NCBI GenBank assembly: GCA_937966095.1
Contig: CALCKF010000101.1
Coordinates: 4,190-68,189 of the forward strand
Direction of reading: 5' to 3'
DNA length: 64,000 bases
DNA from: an uncultured Eubacterium sp.
GTDB taxonomy: Bacteria > Bacillota > Clostridia > Peptostreptococcales > Anaerovoracaceae
Part shown: in pieces, positions 18,245 through 26,515 of the stretch
Layout of the letters: each line of letters starts with the position of its first letter
Position numbering within the stretch: the first letter of the stretch is position 1
The notes under the pieces: generated by a model
The model's input: only the letters and a program-made list of their open reading frames with translations
Database searches by the model: none
Told to the model about the DNA's origin: nothing
Position numbers and translations under genes: made by a program

Positions 18245-18361
18245 TTTCTGCTCCTTCTACAATAAATATTCTGTATGATACAAATTTCTGTTGTCTTTTT
18301 TAGTCTATATATGTAATAATAAAATTAAATAATATCTTTTATATATTAAGGAGAATTACCT

Positions 18362-19102
18362 GTGAGAATCGCAATCTGTGATGACAATATCGACGTATCA
18401 AAAAATCTTTACAAAATGCTTCTGGAAATCGAAATTTTACATATCAGCAAAATAGATATTTTTATAAATGCGGATGCATTGATTTTCAAATCCGGTGAGA
18501 CACCTTATGATATCGTTTTCATGGATATAAGACTAAATGATCGTTCAGGTATCGATGTGTCAAAAAACATACTCGATATATCTCCTTTGACTGATATTAT
18601 ATTCATTTCAGGATATGATGATTATTACCTTGATGTTTATGAAGTCGATCATATCTACTTTCTGCGTAAACCTATAGATTTTGAAAAGCTGTCTGATGCT
18701 ATCAGAATATCTCAAACCAAACGCACCTGCCACAATGAAAAAATATTTACACTAAATGATAAGCATGGGGTTATGCGTATACCTATGGAAAACATAATGT
18801 TTTTTGAAAAAAACCTTCGTATCATTGAAATTCACATGAACACATCATATGAATTTCAAAAATCAAAATACGATGCTGATTTTGACGAATATCAATACAG
18901 CTTTTACGGTAAATTCTCTGACATCATACCTTATCTAAGCACCGCATTCCATCAATGTCATAACAGTTTTATCGTAAATTTTAATTATGTTTCTGAAATA
19001 ACCGGAAAATCTTTTATTTTAAAAAACAAAAGAGTAATACCCATAAGCAAAAAATTTCTACAAGAGATAAAGGCATCATTTTTTAAATATATAGAATTAT
19101 GA
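18362..19102 (+). CDS. LytTR-family response regulator
   Basis: GTG start 7 nt after AAGGAGAA. Receiver domain has MRIAICDDN and FMDIRL (Asp acceptor). The C-terminus is LytTR-like (FHQCHNSFIVNFNYVSEI). Confidence 0.85.
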   Translation: MRIAICDDNIDVSKNLYKMLLEIEILHISKIDIFINADALIFKSGETPYDIVFMDIRLNDRSGIDVSKNILDISPLTDIIFISGYDDYYLDVYEVDHIYFLRKPIDFEKLSDAIRISQTKRTCHNEKIFTLNDKHGVMRIPMENIMFFEKNLRIIEIHMNTSYEFQKSKYDADFDEYQYSFYGKFSDIIPYLSTAFHQCHNSFIVNFNYVSEITGKSFILKNKRVIPISKKFLQEIKASFFKYIEL

Positions 19103-19110
19103 TTTCCAAG

Positions 19111-19830
19111 TTATCCGGCTGACCTTTTCATGGTAATATATATGGATACTTCAAAAGAATCTCTTTTATCAGATATATCTACTTCCCCGTTATATCTGTA
19201 TGCGATCATACGGATTATGTTTATTCCATGCCCATGATTTTCCTTGTCAGATTTTGTTGTATTGAAATCCTTATCAGTAATTACCAGATCATTTTTTGAA
19301 TTTGTCACTTTTATTATCCATACATTTTTTTTACATGCACTTATGACATTTATGTACCTCTTCGTTTTCACTTTATCTGTTAATATCGCGGCTTCTATTG
19401 CATTATCCAGTACATTACCCATTATTGACACAGAATCGATTTCTTTCACCTGGTTTTCTGAAGGTATAAATGATATGTTATCAATAAATTCTATATCGTT
19501 TTCAATACAAACATGTTTTTTCTCAAAGATAAGCACACCTAACGCTGTATCTGCACCGTTTATCGATACCAGCAAACTGTCGCATTTTTCTATACAGCTT
19601 TCTTCTCTTCCTATTTGCGCAGACTCTATACTTTGCCTGACTTCTGCTGTCAATTCAAGTGCTTTTTCGCATATTTCCACAGTATTGTCCATATATTTGT
19701 TCTGTTTCTGCCACTCATCGATCATATGTTGTGTATTCGATTTGTTTTTATCGGTAGCTTTCTTGAGAACAACCAGTAATGCGATACAGAATAATATCAA
19801 TAAAATTACAATAAATAAATATAATTCCAA
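19111..19830 (-). CDS. GHKL ATPase-domain protein (AgrC-type catalytic domain, single TM, no obvious phospho-His)
   Basis: 239 aa. One N-terminal TM, N-box MGNVLDNAIEA and G-box ENHGHGINIIRMIAYRYNG. The helical region ahead of it has no KHDxxN-type H-box. Confidence 0.6.
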   Translation of the reverse strand: MELYLFIVILLILFCIALLVVLKKATDKNKSNTQHMIDEWQKQNKYMDNTVEICEKALELTAEVRQSIESAQIGREESCIEKCDSLLVSINGADTALGVLIFEKKHVCIENDIEFIDNISFIPSENQVKEIDSVSIMGNVLDNAIEAAILTDKVKTKRYINVISACKKNVWIIKVTNSKNDLVITDKDFNTTKSDKENHGHGINIIRMIAYRYNGEVDISDKRDSFEVSIYITMKRSAG

Positions 19831-19980
19831 TTTTACTATCCTTTTACAAAATAATATAACTATGACTTATTTATTGGAGACGAAGTAAATGCCCGGCATT
19901 TTGTTCTAATACGTGTCTCTATAATGAAGTAAAGGGGCGGAACTTTTTAAAGCAGTTCCTCCCCTGTTGATATTTTCCTA

Positions 19981-21474
19981 TTAATTATCCCCTGATGTAA
20001 CTGAATCTATTTTCTCCTGTGCTGCTTTCACCGAAGCCTCATCCGGTATCACCACATAAAGCTGTCTGCTTCCCATGCTGTACGTGGATGAATATGTACC
20101 CTTTCCGTTTATCGATATAGTTTCTATAGTCCATCCGCCAAGATCCTCAAGCTGCATCTTCACCAGAGAAGCAATGTCACTTTCACTCATATTGGTCTGC
20201 ATCTCATCGCCCACAGTATTGAGTATCTTGGTATATCCTGTAAGTATAGCCGTGCTCCCTGTAATCTTCTGTAGTATGGCTTCAAGCACTCTCTGCTGGT
20301 TCTTTATTCGCTCCTGATCTCCTTCTTCAAAGGATTTTCTCTCTCTTGCAAAAGCCAGAGCAGAAGCTCCGTCCAGATGGTTCTCACCTTCGACGAAACT
20401 GTATCCCCTGTTCTGACGCCCATGAGTCTCGAAAGCATATTCCGAGGTCACATCTATTCCTCCTATGGCGTCTACTATGTCCTCTACAGACGTGAAGTTG
20501 ACCCTGATATAATAATTGATGTCGATACCGAGCCAGTCCTCCACAGTCTCCACAGTCTCTCCTATGCCGTATATTCCCGAATGGGTCAGCTTGTCCATTG
20601 CTCCGTATGAATGAAGCATCACATAAGTATCTCTAGGTATCGATGTGAGCAGGATCTTTTTATCTACGGGATCCACCGTCATTATCATATTAACGTCGCT
20701 CCTGGACACCTTGCTGATTCCTCCGAATGTATCTATCCCGCTTATATACACATTGAACGGATCACTGGTGATGCCGATACGCTTGGCAACGTCTTTAGTA
20801 TCTATCTCAACAGTAACGGTATAAACTATTCTGGTTCTGTCTTCAAAGTCTTCAAGATCCTCGCATATAATCTCATAATTATTACTGCTGAGGAAGATAA
20901 GTTCATCATGCTCTTTATCTTTATCATCAATGAGAACAGTCTTGAGCTGTATATAGCCTCCAGCCTCCTTATAGCTGACATCCGCTTCTTTTTTCAGCTT
21001 GTCCTGAGCCTTGTCATAGGCAGAAGAAGAACTGTCATGAATAAATATGGTTTTTCCTTTGATATCATCCAAATCCCTGTAGCTGCCGTCCTTAAGAGCC
21101 ACAACATAATAATCCTCATACTGCCTGTCCTCATCGCTCATGCGGCTGAATGCGGAATATGTAGTGAAGAGATAGTAACAGCCTATGGCAAGGACGATGA
21201 TCATTACAATGGACAGAATAACACCGGCTTTACGCTGACGTGTCACTTCCTTGCGGCAGGAAAGAAGTTTGAAAATAAATATAAGTAATGCCACAAATAC
21301 GATTATGATTATTATATTGAATATTACCGGCAATACACCTACCAATATCAAAAGCGATAAAAATGTCACTTCCAATATTAGAAACAACAGGCCTGCTATC
21401 AGAAGTCCCGGAGAAGACGGGATGAAACAGACTTTACTTTTTGATTCTTTTCCATTATTCTTCATAACATCCAC
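19981..21474 (-). CDS. LytR-CpsA-Psr (LCP) family glycopolymer-peptidoglycan ligase
   Basis: N-terminal TM helices plus the LCP core (SRSDVNMIMTVDPVDKKILLTSIPRDTYV). Confidence 0.85.
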   Translation of the reverse strand: MDVMKNNGKESKSKVCFIPSSPGLLIAGLLFLILEVTFLSLLILVGVLPVIFNIIIIIVFVALLIFIFKLLSCRKEVTRQRKAGVILSIVMIIVLAIGCYYLFTTYSAFSRMSDEDRQYEDYYVVALKDGSYRDLDDIKGKTIFIHDSSSSAYDKAQDKLKKEADVSYKEAGGYIQLKTVLIDDKDKEHDELIFLSSNNYEIICEDLEDFEDRTRIVYTVTVEIDTKDVAKRIGITSDPFNVYISGIDTFGGISKVSRSDVNMIMTVDPVDKKILLTSIPRDTYVMLHSYGAMDKLTHSGIYGIGETVETVEDWLGIDINYYIRVNFTSVEDIVDAIGGIDVTSEYAFETHGRQNRGYSFVEGENHLDGASALAFARERKSFEEGDQERIKNQQRVLEAILQKITGSTAILTGYTKILNTVGDEMQTNMSESDIASLVKMQLEDLGGWTIETISINGKGTYSSTYSMGSRQLYVVIPDEASVKAAQEKIDSVTSGDN

Positions 21475-21479
21475 CTTTG

Positions 21480-22574
21480 CTATATTGCCTTTAGTATATC
21501 CACTATTCTGCGGCTCGCTTGTCCGTCACCGTACGGATTGCTGGCTTTGCTCATTTTATTATATTCATTTTCATCAATCAACAGGCGTTTAAAGTTTTCA
21601 TATATGGTTTCTTCTTCAGTTCCCACAAGTTTTAATGTACCGGCTTCAATACCTTCAGGCCTTTCCGTGGTATCCCGCATTACCAAAACCGGTTTGCCCA
21701 GCGAAGGAGCTTCCTCCTGAATTCCTCCGCTGTCTGTCAGTATTAAATACGACCTTGCCATAAAATTATGAAAATCTATGACTTCCATCGGCTCAGTCAG
21801 CTTTATCCGCTCATTATTTCCGAAAACATCTTTCGCCGTCCTCTGCACCACCGGGTTAAGATGTACAGGATATATTACCTTTACGTCCGGAGTCTCATTC
21901 ACGATGCGCCTGATAGCACGAAACATGCTGTAAAGATGTTCACCCAGATTCTCACGGCGGTGAGCTGTAAGCATGATGAGTCTGCTTCCTTCCGCCCAGT
22001 CCAGAAGATCATGTCTGTAATCGGAAATAACTGTAGTTTTCAATGCATCTATGCCGGTGTTTCCGGTAACAAATATGTTCTTATCATTCTTTCCCTCTCT
22101 CAACAGATTCTGTCTTGCTTTCTCCGTAGGTGCAAAATGGTATTTGGCTATAATTCCTGCCGCCTGTCTGTTGAATTCTTCCGGAAACGGGGAATAGATA
22201 TCATATGTACGAAGTCCGGCTTCCACATGACCTACCGGAATCTGCTGATAAAAACATGCCAAAGCAGAGGCGAAAGTCGTCGTAGTATCACCATGAACCA
22301 ATACTGTATCAGGCTTTGATAACATCAATATTTCTTTCATGTCAAGCAAAACCTTTGACGTTACATCATACAGATCCTGCTTTTTCTTCATTATGGACAG
22401 ATCATAATCAGGCTGTACCCCAAAAGCGTCAAGAACCATATCGAGCATTTCACGATGCTGGCCTGTCACACAAATTTCTGTAACTATATTTTTTTCTTTC
22501 TTTAATTCTTTTACAAGCGGACACATTTTTATCGCCTCAGGACGGGTGCCGAATATAAGCATTATTTTTTTCAT
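21480..22574 (-). CDS. wecB: UDP-N-acetylglucosamine 2-epimerase (non-hydrolysing)
   Basis: MKKIMLIFGTRPEAIKMCPLV..., HVEAGLRT and TDSGGIQEEAPSLGKPVLVMR are hallmark epimerase_2 motifs. Confidence 0.9.
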   Translation of the reverse strand: MKKIMLIFGTRPEAIKMCPLVKELKKEKNIVTEICVTGQHREMLDMVLDAFGVQPDYDLSIMKKKQDLYDVTSKVLLDMKEILMLSKPDTVLVHGDTTTTFASALACFYQQIPVGHVEAGLRTYDIYSPFPEEFNRQAAGIIAKYHFAPTEKARQNLLREGKNDKNIFVTGNTGIDALKTTVISDYRHDLLDWAEGSRLIMLTAHRRENLGEHLYSMFRAIRRIVNETPDVKVIYPVHLNPVVQRTAKDVFGNNERIKLTEPMEVIDFHNFMARSYLILTDSGGIQEEAPSLGKPVLVMRDTTERPEGIEAGTLKLVGTEEETIYENFKRLLIDENEYNKMSKASNPYGDGQASRRIVDILKAI

Positions 22575-22586
22575 AATACTAAACTA

Positions 22587-24167
22587 TTACTCCTCTTCAT
22601 CAATAATCAAATTTGTTTCATAATCTTTCTTCCATTGTCGCCTATTGAATTTTATTGTTTCACTTAAATCTAATTCCTCAATTTCAATTTTATCTCTCCC
22701 CTCAGGAGTTTTTGCAAAAAATATTTTTGTGCCAGGTTTATTTTTTGTCCAATGTTTTGTACCCGCTGGAATAAACACAAAATCTCCTTCACTAGCTTCA
22801 ATTTGTATTTCATTATCTAAATCAATTATTTTTTGAGATCCTTGCAAAATATAATAATGCTCTCCTGTAGTTCTATGATAATGAGGTGTATCCACTTTAA
22901 ATTGCCTATAATCAGAGATTCCTGTTTCTATGCAACTTATATAGTTTTTTAAATTGTTTTTAAAAATCGTTTTACCCGTCAAATACTGTCTGTAATTCAT
23001 TTCTAATGCATGTTTAATTTTTTCATTTCTATGTATGCTTACTCTTTTTTCTGCTATTTTAAGTTCATTTAAGTTTATTGAATTTTCTTTTATACTTGTT
23101 ATCTGATTATCAAAAAACTGATAATTATCAGGGTCATATTTTTTAGACACTATAAAAGTTCTTCTTAATGAATTGGAAGGCAAAAATGGTGAATATAAAT
23201 CCACCTTTATATAATTAAGTTCATTATATTTTTCATTGTATTCAACCTTCATCAATGCATATGGTAATGAAATCTCAGTAAATTTAATATTAAATCTTCC
23301 CTCTTCATAACATTTATGAAAAATGTCATTTTTATTTTCTAACTTTCTTTTTATCGATATACATGCACTATGAAAAGCTGAAATATTAGAATTATTAAAC
23401 TTCTGGTTTCCTAACTTTCCATTATATATAGCCTCTGAGGCCGCTTTTGACTCTGGATTTGTCAAAATTAAAGAGCAAGAAAAGTTTTTCTCATTTTTTA
23501 ATAGGTAGTTTATTTCATCTGAAAATGAAGTTGCTTTTTCATACATATCTGTTGTAACATAGGACGTATTAGTTACAGTAGCAGATGTGTAGCATATCAT
23601 AGTGATTTTATTTACTATGTTAACATTATTATGGTAACATCTTTGGACCCCCATTTTGTTTTCAAGACTTTTCCTATCAAACATCTTTCCAGAAACCTCT
23701 GCAAAAAACTCTTCATGACTGAAATTTTCATATTTTTCATCTCGTCCATATTTTTCTTCGAATATCTTTGAAACCCTTTTTGAAAGGAGCTCTAATGAGT
23801 TTTGAAAGTTATCAAATCCATTTATTATATGCGTACCGGTCAAGTAGTATTGAAATTCTTCAGATAAAATAAAATTATTAAGTAAAAACGGTAAAATTTT
23901 CTTTTGGTTATCGAAAGCTATTCTCAATTCATTATGTACATGCCGTGATCTATCTGCTTCTTCAGAAGTAATTAAAATAAATGCATCACATGCCTCTATA
24001 GCACGCACTATTTCTGTAGGAAAATTTTCCCCTGCAAAAATATTTCTAGGTGCCATCCAGCATTCAATACCTTGTTTTTCTAAATAACCGCGTATAATAT
24101 TTGCTATTTCTTGGTTTTCAGTAGAATAACTTATAAAAGAATACATTTTTTTCATTAACCTCCTCAA
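22587..24167 (-). CDS. TIR domain - unknown middle domain - metal-binding cupin fusion protein
   Basis: N-terminus YSFISYSTENQEIANIIRGYLEKQGIECWMAPRNI...AFILITSEEADRSRHVHNELRIAF is TIR-like and retains the putative catalytic Glu. The C-terminus has both cupin motifs (PHYHRTTGEHYY and GDFVFIPAGTKHWTKN). I do not recognise the approximately 250 aa in between. Confidence 0.7.
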   Translation of the reverse strand: MRRLMKKMYSFISYSTENQEIANIIRGYLEKQGIECWMAPRNIFAGENFPTEIVRAIEACDAFILITSEEADRSRHVHNELRIAFDNQKKILPFLLNNFILSEEFQYYLTGTHIINGFDNFQNSLELLSKRVSKIFEEKYGRDEKYENFSHEEFFAEVSGKMFDRKSLENKMGVQRCYHNNVNIVNKITMICYTSATVTNTSYVTTDMYEKATSFSDEINYLLKNEKNFSCSLILTNPESKAASEAIYNGKLGNQKFNNSNISAFHSACISIKRKLENKNDIFHKCYEEGRFNIKFTEISLPYALMKVEYNEKYNELNYIKVDLYSPFLPSNSLRRTFIVSKKYDPDNYQFFDNQITSIKENSINLNELKIAEKRVSIHRNEKIKHALEMNYRQYLTGKTIFKNNLKNYISCIETGISDYRQFKVDTPHYHRTTGEHYYILQGSQKIIDLDNEIQIEASEGDFVFIPAGTKHWTKNKPGTKIFFAKTPEGRDKIEIEELDLSETIKFNRRQWKKDYETNLIIDEEE

Positions 24168-24173
24168 AATACA

Positions 24174-24953
24174 CTACTCCACAATAATTTTATATATATC
24201 TTCCAAATACATTGTACAAATATTATTTGATAATATAAAATTAATCATTTTATTTATATAATCTGTGATTCCTTCTCCTCTAAAACGCAAACTATCAATT
24301 TGCACAGAATCAAGATTATTCCATTCATTCCTGCTTAAACGATCTTTTATTTCTCTTGTATATGTAAAATACGGGGTATTAAGCATAAAATGCATTGGAT
24401 GAATGTTAATAACTTTAAGCCCTGGTGACAACAACTGTCTCTCCATTAAAGAAAAGTCAAAGCTGTCAGAATAATATAAAAATGCCCCATCTTCCCAAAA
24501 TATAGGAAAGCTTATGGTTTTTGATCTGTGGAGAAATGGCGGAACTATATCCATGAGAGTGCAGACATTAGATTCATATAAAATCCCGCGTTTGGTCAGC
24601 CTGTCCATCGTATCATTCACGTCATAATATCTGTGTGCACGAAAACATTTAGCATCTGGCAAAAGATTAAAACAATAATCAATAACTTCATCATAATCCT
24701 TTCCCTGACTGCTGTCAGGCATAAAATTAGGGTGGATCCCACATTTTATTTTGCCGGATTTTTTATATTCATCAACAACTTTTGACGGATTGGTTATAAA
24801 AGCCGTAACCGGAATATTCTCTGAATCAAAATATTCAAACATCGCTTTTATTGCATAATCTGATGCCCAATCCATATCAGAAGTAAAACAAATTATATTA
24901 TTTTTTGATAATTCTTCCCTTGCTTTATTAAGTTTATTTATTAATATATCCAT
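24174..24953 (-). CDS. Polysaccharide deacetylase-like (WbmS-like) protein
   Basis: 259 aa. The family call rests only on overall resemblance (CFTSDMDWASDYAI..., INIHPMHF) and on glycan-locus context. Confidence 0.35.
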   Translation of the reverse strand: MDILINKLNKAREELSKNNIICFTSDMDWASDYAIKAMFEYFDSENIPVTAFITNPSKVVDEYKKSGKIKCGIHPNFMPDSSQGKDYDEVIDYCFNLLPDAKCFRAHRYYDVNDTMDRLTKRGILYESNVCTLMDIVPPFLHRSKTISFPIFWEDGAFLYYSDSFDFSLMERQLLSPGLKVINIHPMHFMLNTPYFTYTREIKDRLSRNEWNNLDSVQIDSLRFRGEGITDYINKMINFILSNNICTMYLEDIYKIIVE

Positions 24954-24974
24954 AATTACAATAGTCGTTTAATA

Positions 24975-25388
24975 TTATACCCTTACTATAACGTTCCCTG
25001 ACAGCACTATATGCATATCTTGATTAATGCATTTGATGCCTATTCTCAATTTATTTTTGTTTCGATCTTTTCCTTCAATCACGCATATACATTTAATCTT
25101 ATCGCCTATATAAACCGGTTGCACATACTGTATAGTTTCTTCAAGCAATATTGCCCCTTCGCCCGGCAGATCTTTAGCTATGACATTTGATACCATACCT
25201 AAACAAAACAATCCGTGAGCAATTCTGCCTTTGAAAATCGTTTTTTCAGCATATTCTTCATCAATATGTATAGGATTCTTGTCACCGGACAATTCCGCAA
25301 TCTGATTAAAAAGGTCTTCAGTAGCAATAACTTCAAGACTTGATGAATCTCCTACATTATATTTATCTATTTTTTTTTCTTCCATCAT
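24975..25388 (-). CDS. MaoC-like (R)-hydratase/dehydratase (hot-dog fold)
   Basis: GDKNPIHIDEEYAEKTIFKGRIAHG is the MaoC dehydratase signature. Confidence 0.75.
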   Translation of the reverse strand: MMEEKKIDKYNVGDSSSLEVIATEDLFNQIAELSGDKNPIHIDEEYAEKTIFKGRIAHGLFCLGMVSNVIAKDLPGEGAILLEETIQYVQPVYIGDKIKCICVIEGKDRNKNKLRIGIKCINQDMHIVLSGNVIVRV

Positions 25389-25394
25389 ATCAAA

Positions 25395-26066
25395 CTACTT
25401 TACTTTTGCTGGTATTCCCATAACTTTTTCATCTTGATTAACCGACTTTGTTACCACTGAACCAGCTCCAACAACCGCATTTTCTCCTATTATTACACCC
25501 GGCAAAATAATCGCACCTGAACCTATTTTGCTGCCTTTTTTAAATACAATAGAATTGCTCGCTCCAACTTCATTGCCTCTTATTCTCATATCATTATCAT
25601 TAGCTGAAGCAACTCCTACACCAACAAACACGTCATCTTCGATCTCTGCCCGAGCTGTCATATGTGTATTATCCATAACTTTAGAACTTTTTCCTATTTT
25701 AACATGATGATTTAATGTGCAAAGTCTCGCGACCAAAGCCTTTTCTTCTATCACACATCCCTCCCTGAGTTGAGCACAATCACCAATAAGAACATTATCT
25801 CCTATTTTATTGTCCGCATAAATAACAGCATTTGCGCCTATTACACACCCTTTGCCAATTACAACAGGAGTATATTTATCTTCCAATTTATGTATCAAAT
25901 TACCACTGCCTTTAGGCGGTCTTCCAATCACTGCACCGTCAAATATTTCAGTTCCGTCGCCTATTTCTGTTCCATCATATATAACTACATTATGGTGAAT
26001 TATTACATTATTACCTATTTTACAATCTCTTCCTATAACTGCGTCTTCAGATATTATATTAGCCAT
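25395..26066 (-). CDS. Left-handed beta-helix (hexapeptide-repeat) acyl/acetyltransferase
   Basis: Repeated [LIV]G.N..I hexapeptide periodicity runs throughout (IGRDCKIGNNVIIHHNVVIYDGTEIGDGTEI...). Confidence 0.8.
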   Translation of the reverse strand: MANIISEDAVIGRDCKIGNNVIIHHNVVIYDGTEIGDGTEIFDGAVIGRPPKGSGNLIHKLEDKYTPVVIGKGCVIGANAVIYADNKIGDNVLIGDCAQLREGCVIEEKALVARLCTLNHHVKIGKSSKVMDNTHMTARAEIEDDVFVGVGVASANDNDMRIRGNEVGASNSIVFKKGSKIGSGAIILPGVIIGENAVVGAGSVVTKSVNQDEKVMGIPAKVK

Positions 26067-26121
26067 GAACGATCTCCTTATCCAATATTTTCCATAACAA
26101 TTATTATCTACTTAAAAAATA

Positions 26122-26331
26122 CTATACTTCAAATATAACTTTCCGCGTTTGAACCGTTGTCATTGCTCCATCCTTATCCTTAACGAAACATGTACAATAA
26201 TATTCTCCAGGATCATTTACTGCATAACAGAAAAAATTATCACTTCTATAATTTTCGACAAACACCTTTTCTCCATTTCTAAAAACATAAAATGCGAACC
26301 ATTCTCCATGAACGGCATTTACTATAACCAT
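26122..26331 (-). CDS. Small hypothetical protein with an aromatic Y_Y_Y-like beta motif
   Basis: 69 aa (WFAFYVFRNGEKVF...YYCTCFVKDKDG). Its ATG overlaps the TAA of an untracked 37-codon ORF (26331..26444) as TAATG. Confidence 0.35.
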   Translation of the reverse strand: MVIVNAVHGEWFAFYVFRNGEKVFVENYRSDNFFCYAVNDPGEYYCTCFVKDKDGAMTTVQTRKVIFEV

Positions 26332-26515
26332 TAATTTATTATTAAAATTGTTAAATTTTTGTTTTTTCCATATTTACTATGGCATAGTATCTTTTTCTCA
26401 TTATCATATAGATAATATGCATATTCTGTATTTACTGTAGCCATAGTAAAATCTATCTCTAATTTAATTTTTAATGTTCTTATTTTTTACGGTTTTCTTT
26501 AAAACAGAAATTATT

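Noticed and set aside
18245-18361. LytTR-type direct repeats in the divergent promoter region
   Set aside because: Only three weak TTCTG(T) copies occur, at irregular spacing (23 and 17 bp). There is no 9-bp imperfect direct repeat with about a 12-bp spacer.
22587-24167. TIR protein as the ThsB component of a Thoeris defence system
   Set aside because: No ThsA-like (SIR2/Macro/SLOG) gene or any other known defence partner is adjacent. All neighbours are glycan-biosynthesis genes. It is kept as an unusual fusion, not called Thoeris.
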